The position numbers and the translations under genes were made by a program. The notes under the pieces were generated by a model. It was given only the letters and a program-made list of their open reading frames with translations. It made no database searches and had not been told where the DNA came from. Source: Schizochytrium sp. TIO01 (Eukaryota; Protista; Bigyra: Labyrinthulomycetes). Taken from it: a stretch of 64,000 bases of DNA. Positions 62,184 to 64,000 of this stretch are shown piece by piece; positions within the stretch are counted from its first letter, which is position 1, and the number at the start of each line of letters is the position of its first letter. The stretch lies in NCBI GenBank assembly GCA_004764695.1, contig SMSO01000014.1, positions 1,297,648 to 1,361,647 on the forward strand, read 5' to 3'.

Positions 62184-64000
62184 GTGGGTTCTGAAGAGTT
62201 GAAGAGGATCTAATTAACATTTGAGGGACCTGAGATGCCCTGGTTGCGGGCACGACGTGGACAAAGGCTCAGAGCCGGACTCCGCTAGACCTCCAAGAAT
62301 CCAAGAAGTCTCTGATCTGTTTGGTGTTCCGATGTGCCTTGGAGTTTTAGAAGAAAGCGACTTGCCAAGAACATGCCGGCCACAGGCCCGGACATGCTAA
62401 TATCTCGGGCCGTCTCCTCGCTTGTGGAGGAGCTGCTGTGGATTGCTGCTGGTTCTGGCAGACTGCGATGAGACCTGCGCTAGTCCACGCCCCCAGCAAT
62501 GTGGCACTAGTCAAGACGCATCGCCAGAGGTATGGTCGCCAGAGACAATGCAGGTATTCCTCAAGAAAACGAAGCTTGAGATGCTCGTTTCAAACTTCTT
62601 TCCCGTGTTCTACATTCAAAGCTATCAGCCCCGCCTATTGAAAGGCTTCTTTCTGGCTTGAGCATTTGAGTTGAGCCTCTGCACAAAGATTAAAGCACAT
62701 TCTCCACCTTGGTCCATGTGCTGCTGCAGTCGAAGCGACGGTGAAAGAAGCATGAAAGCGGTTGCTCCAGCTCTCTATTCAGCTCTTCAGCTCTAGTTAG
62801 AGAATCCAAAACAGACATGTGCCTGAGCCTTAGCCCTTTGCAAATAGCGCGACCTGGATATACACCGTCTCAGGAAACCCAACAGGCAAGCAAGTTGATC
62901 TCGAGCTTGGCCTACTAGTGCGACTGACTTCCAGAATGGCCAGACCTGGCCTTTTCCTTTTAGTTGCTCATGCCTGTGTCTCTGCGACAATATTGCCTCC
63001 ACATTCAGAAAGGAACGGGCTAAATACCCGCCCTCTCAATCGGAGGGTATGTAAAGTAAAGATTCACTCAGAGCTCCAGCGAAAGTGCATGGGCTCAAAT
63101 TGTATGGTTGAAAGTTAGTACACAAAAAAAGGACAGCTAGCTATCTTCAACTCCCACGTTGGGCGCATACGATGATGCCTACGAAGTCTAACAGTGTAGC
63201 TGGTGAAACCTCTTGCGGACCGGCTTTCGAGGCAAGCTTACGCCCAGAGTCCCGAAGGTCTTTCTTGGGGCGAGCTGGGCGCACCATTCTTCCTTTATAA
63301 GTCCCTTCTTTCAGGTTTTCTCTCCTTCAGATTCTTTTGTTTCTTTCGCACGTGGCCAAACACATCTCAGGCTGGAAAGTTGGGAACGAGTCTAGATCTC
63401 GAGCTTTTCGTTGCTGGGTAGCTAGTCCCGAAGCGACCCGAAGCGACCAAGCGTATAGCGCACCCCCGCGTGCGCAAAGCAATGGCACGGACATGCTTGA
63501 TCTTGAAGATACTCTTGGCCGAAGAACTCGAGAGCCCTTGTCGGCGGCGTGGACTTGAAACTACAAAAATTATCACGGCATGCTAGGGTGAAAGTAGACA
63601 GGTACTGTTAGCGACCCTACACTAGCAGTTCGAGTCTTTCTTTGCCCAATCTGCGTGGACAAAGGCTGGACCATTTGTACTCAAGCGAGAGGTACGATTC
63701 TTGCACCCAGCCTGACTCAAATGAGATGGAATGCTGCGAACGTAAAACTTGAAAAGTGCCTGCGATACCGAGCATGCAAGACTCCACGCTGCAAGAACGA
63801 GACTGGATGGCTGATGCAACTCGGAGTTGGATACCAAGTTCTCGAGGCGTACATTATCATCATATCTGGTAAGTAGAGCGAAAACACCTGAGGCTATCAT
63901 GAGGCTGACCATGATACTTCAAGTTGGTATAGGGAGATAGGTGCCTGCTAAAGCACAATTGCAGTCTTACTTGAAAGCAAAGGATCTGGATAACTGAAAT

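Larger units (their letters stand above)
12812..64000. other. Gene-poor, microsatellite-rich non-coding region (>=51 kb) upstream of the zinc-finger gene
   Basis: The longest ORFs (up to 225 aa) are microsatellite translations or have non-protein-like composition. No recognisable domains, transposase/RT/integrase motifs or structural RNA signatures. Confidence 0.75.

Noticed and set aside
62068-62253. QIQN-repeat ORF
   Set aside because: Translation of the GAATTT/GATTTT repeat, with a GTG start.

Overview
Eukaryotic nuclear DNA. The intron-poor genes, WRKY19-like C3H repeat protein and very high tetranucleotide microsatellite load suggest a stramenopile, probably a thraustochytrid/labyrinthulomycete (inference). 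The first 12.8 kb is gene-dense with five genes: a Q-rich possible Mediator Med29-like gene, a possible Yrb30-like RanGTP-binding protein, an aftiphilin-like AP-1 accessory protein (78-nt tandem repeat, apparent 3' +1 frameshift), PHO88/SND3, and a Q/N-rich WRKY19-like zinc-finger regulator. The remaining ~51 kb, upstream of the zinc-finger gene, has no credible gene, transposon or RNA gene that I can recognise. It is not featureless: it is punctuated roughly every 2 kb by short AT islands with a consistent T-rich-then-A-rich polarity, resembling the convergent 3' ends of the real genes. It also carries strand-polarised and inverted microsatellites and recurrent CACGTG/bZIP-type sites. No CRISPR, rRNA, tRNA or mobile-element coding sequence was seen. 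All protein-family calls are from recalled motifs, not searches.
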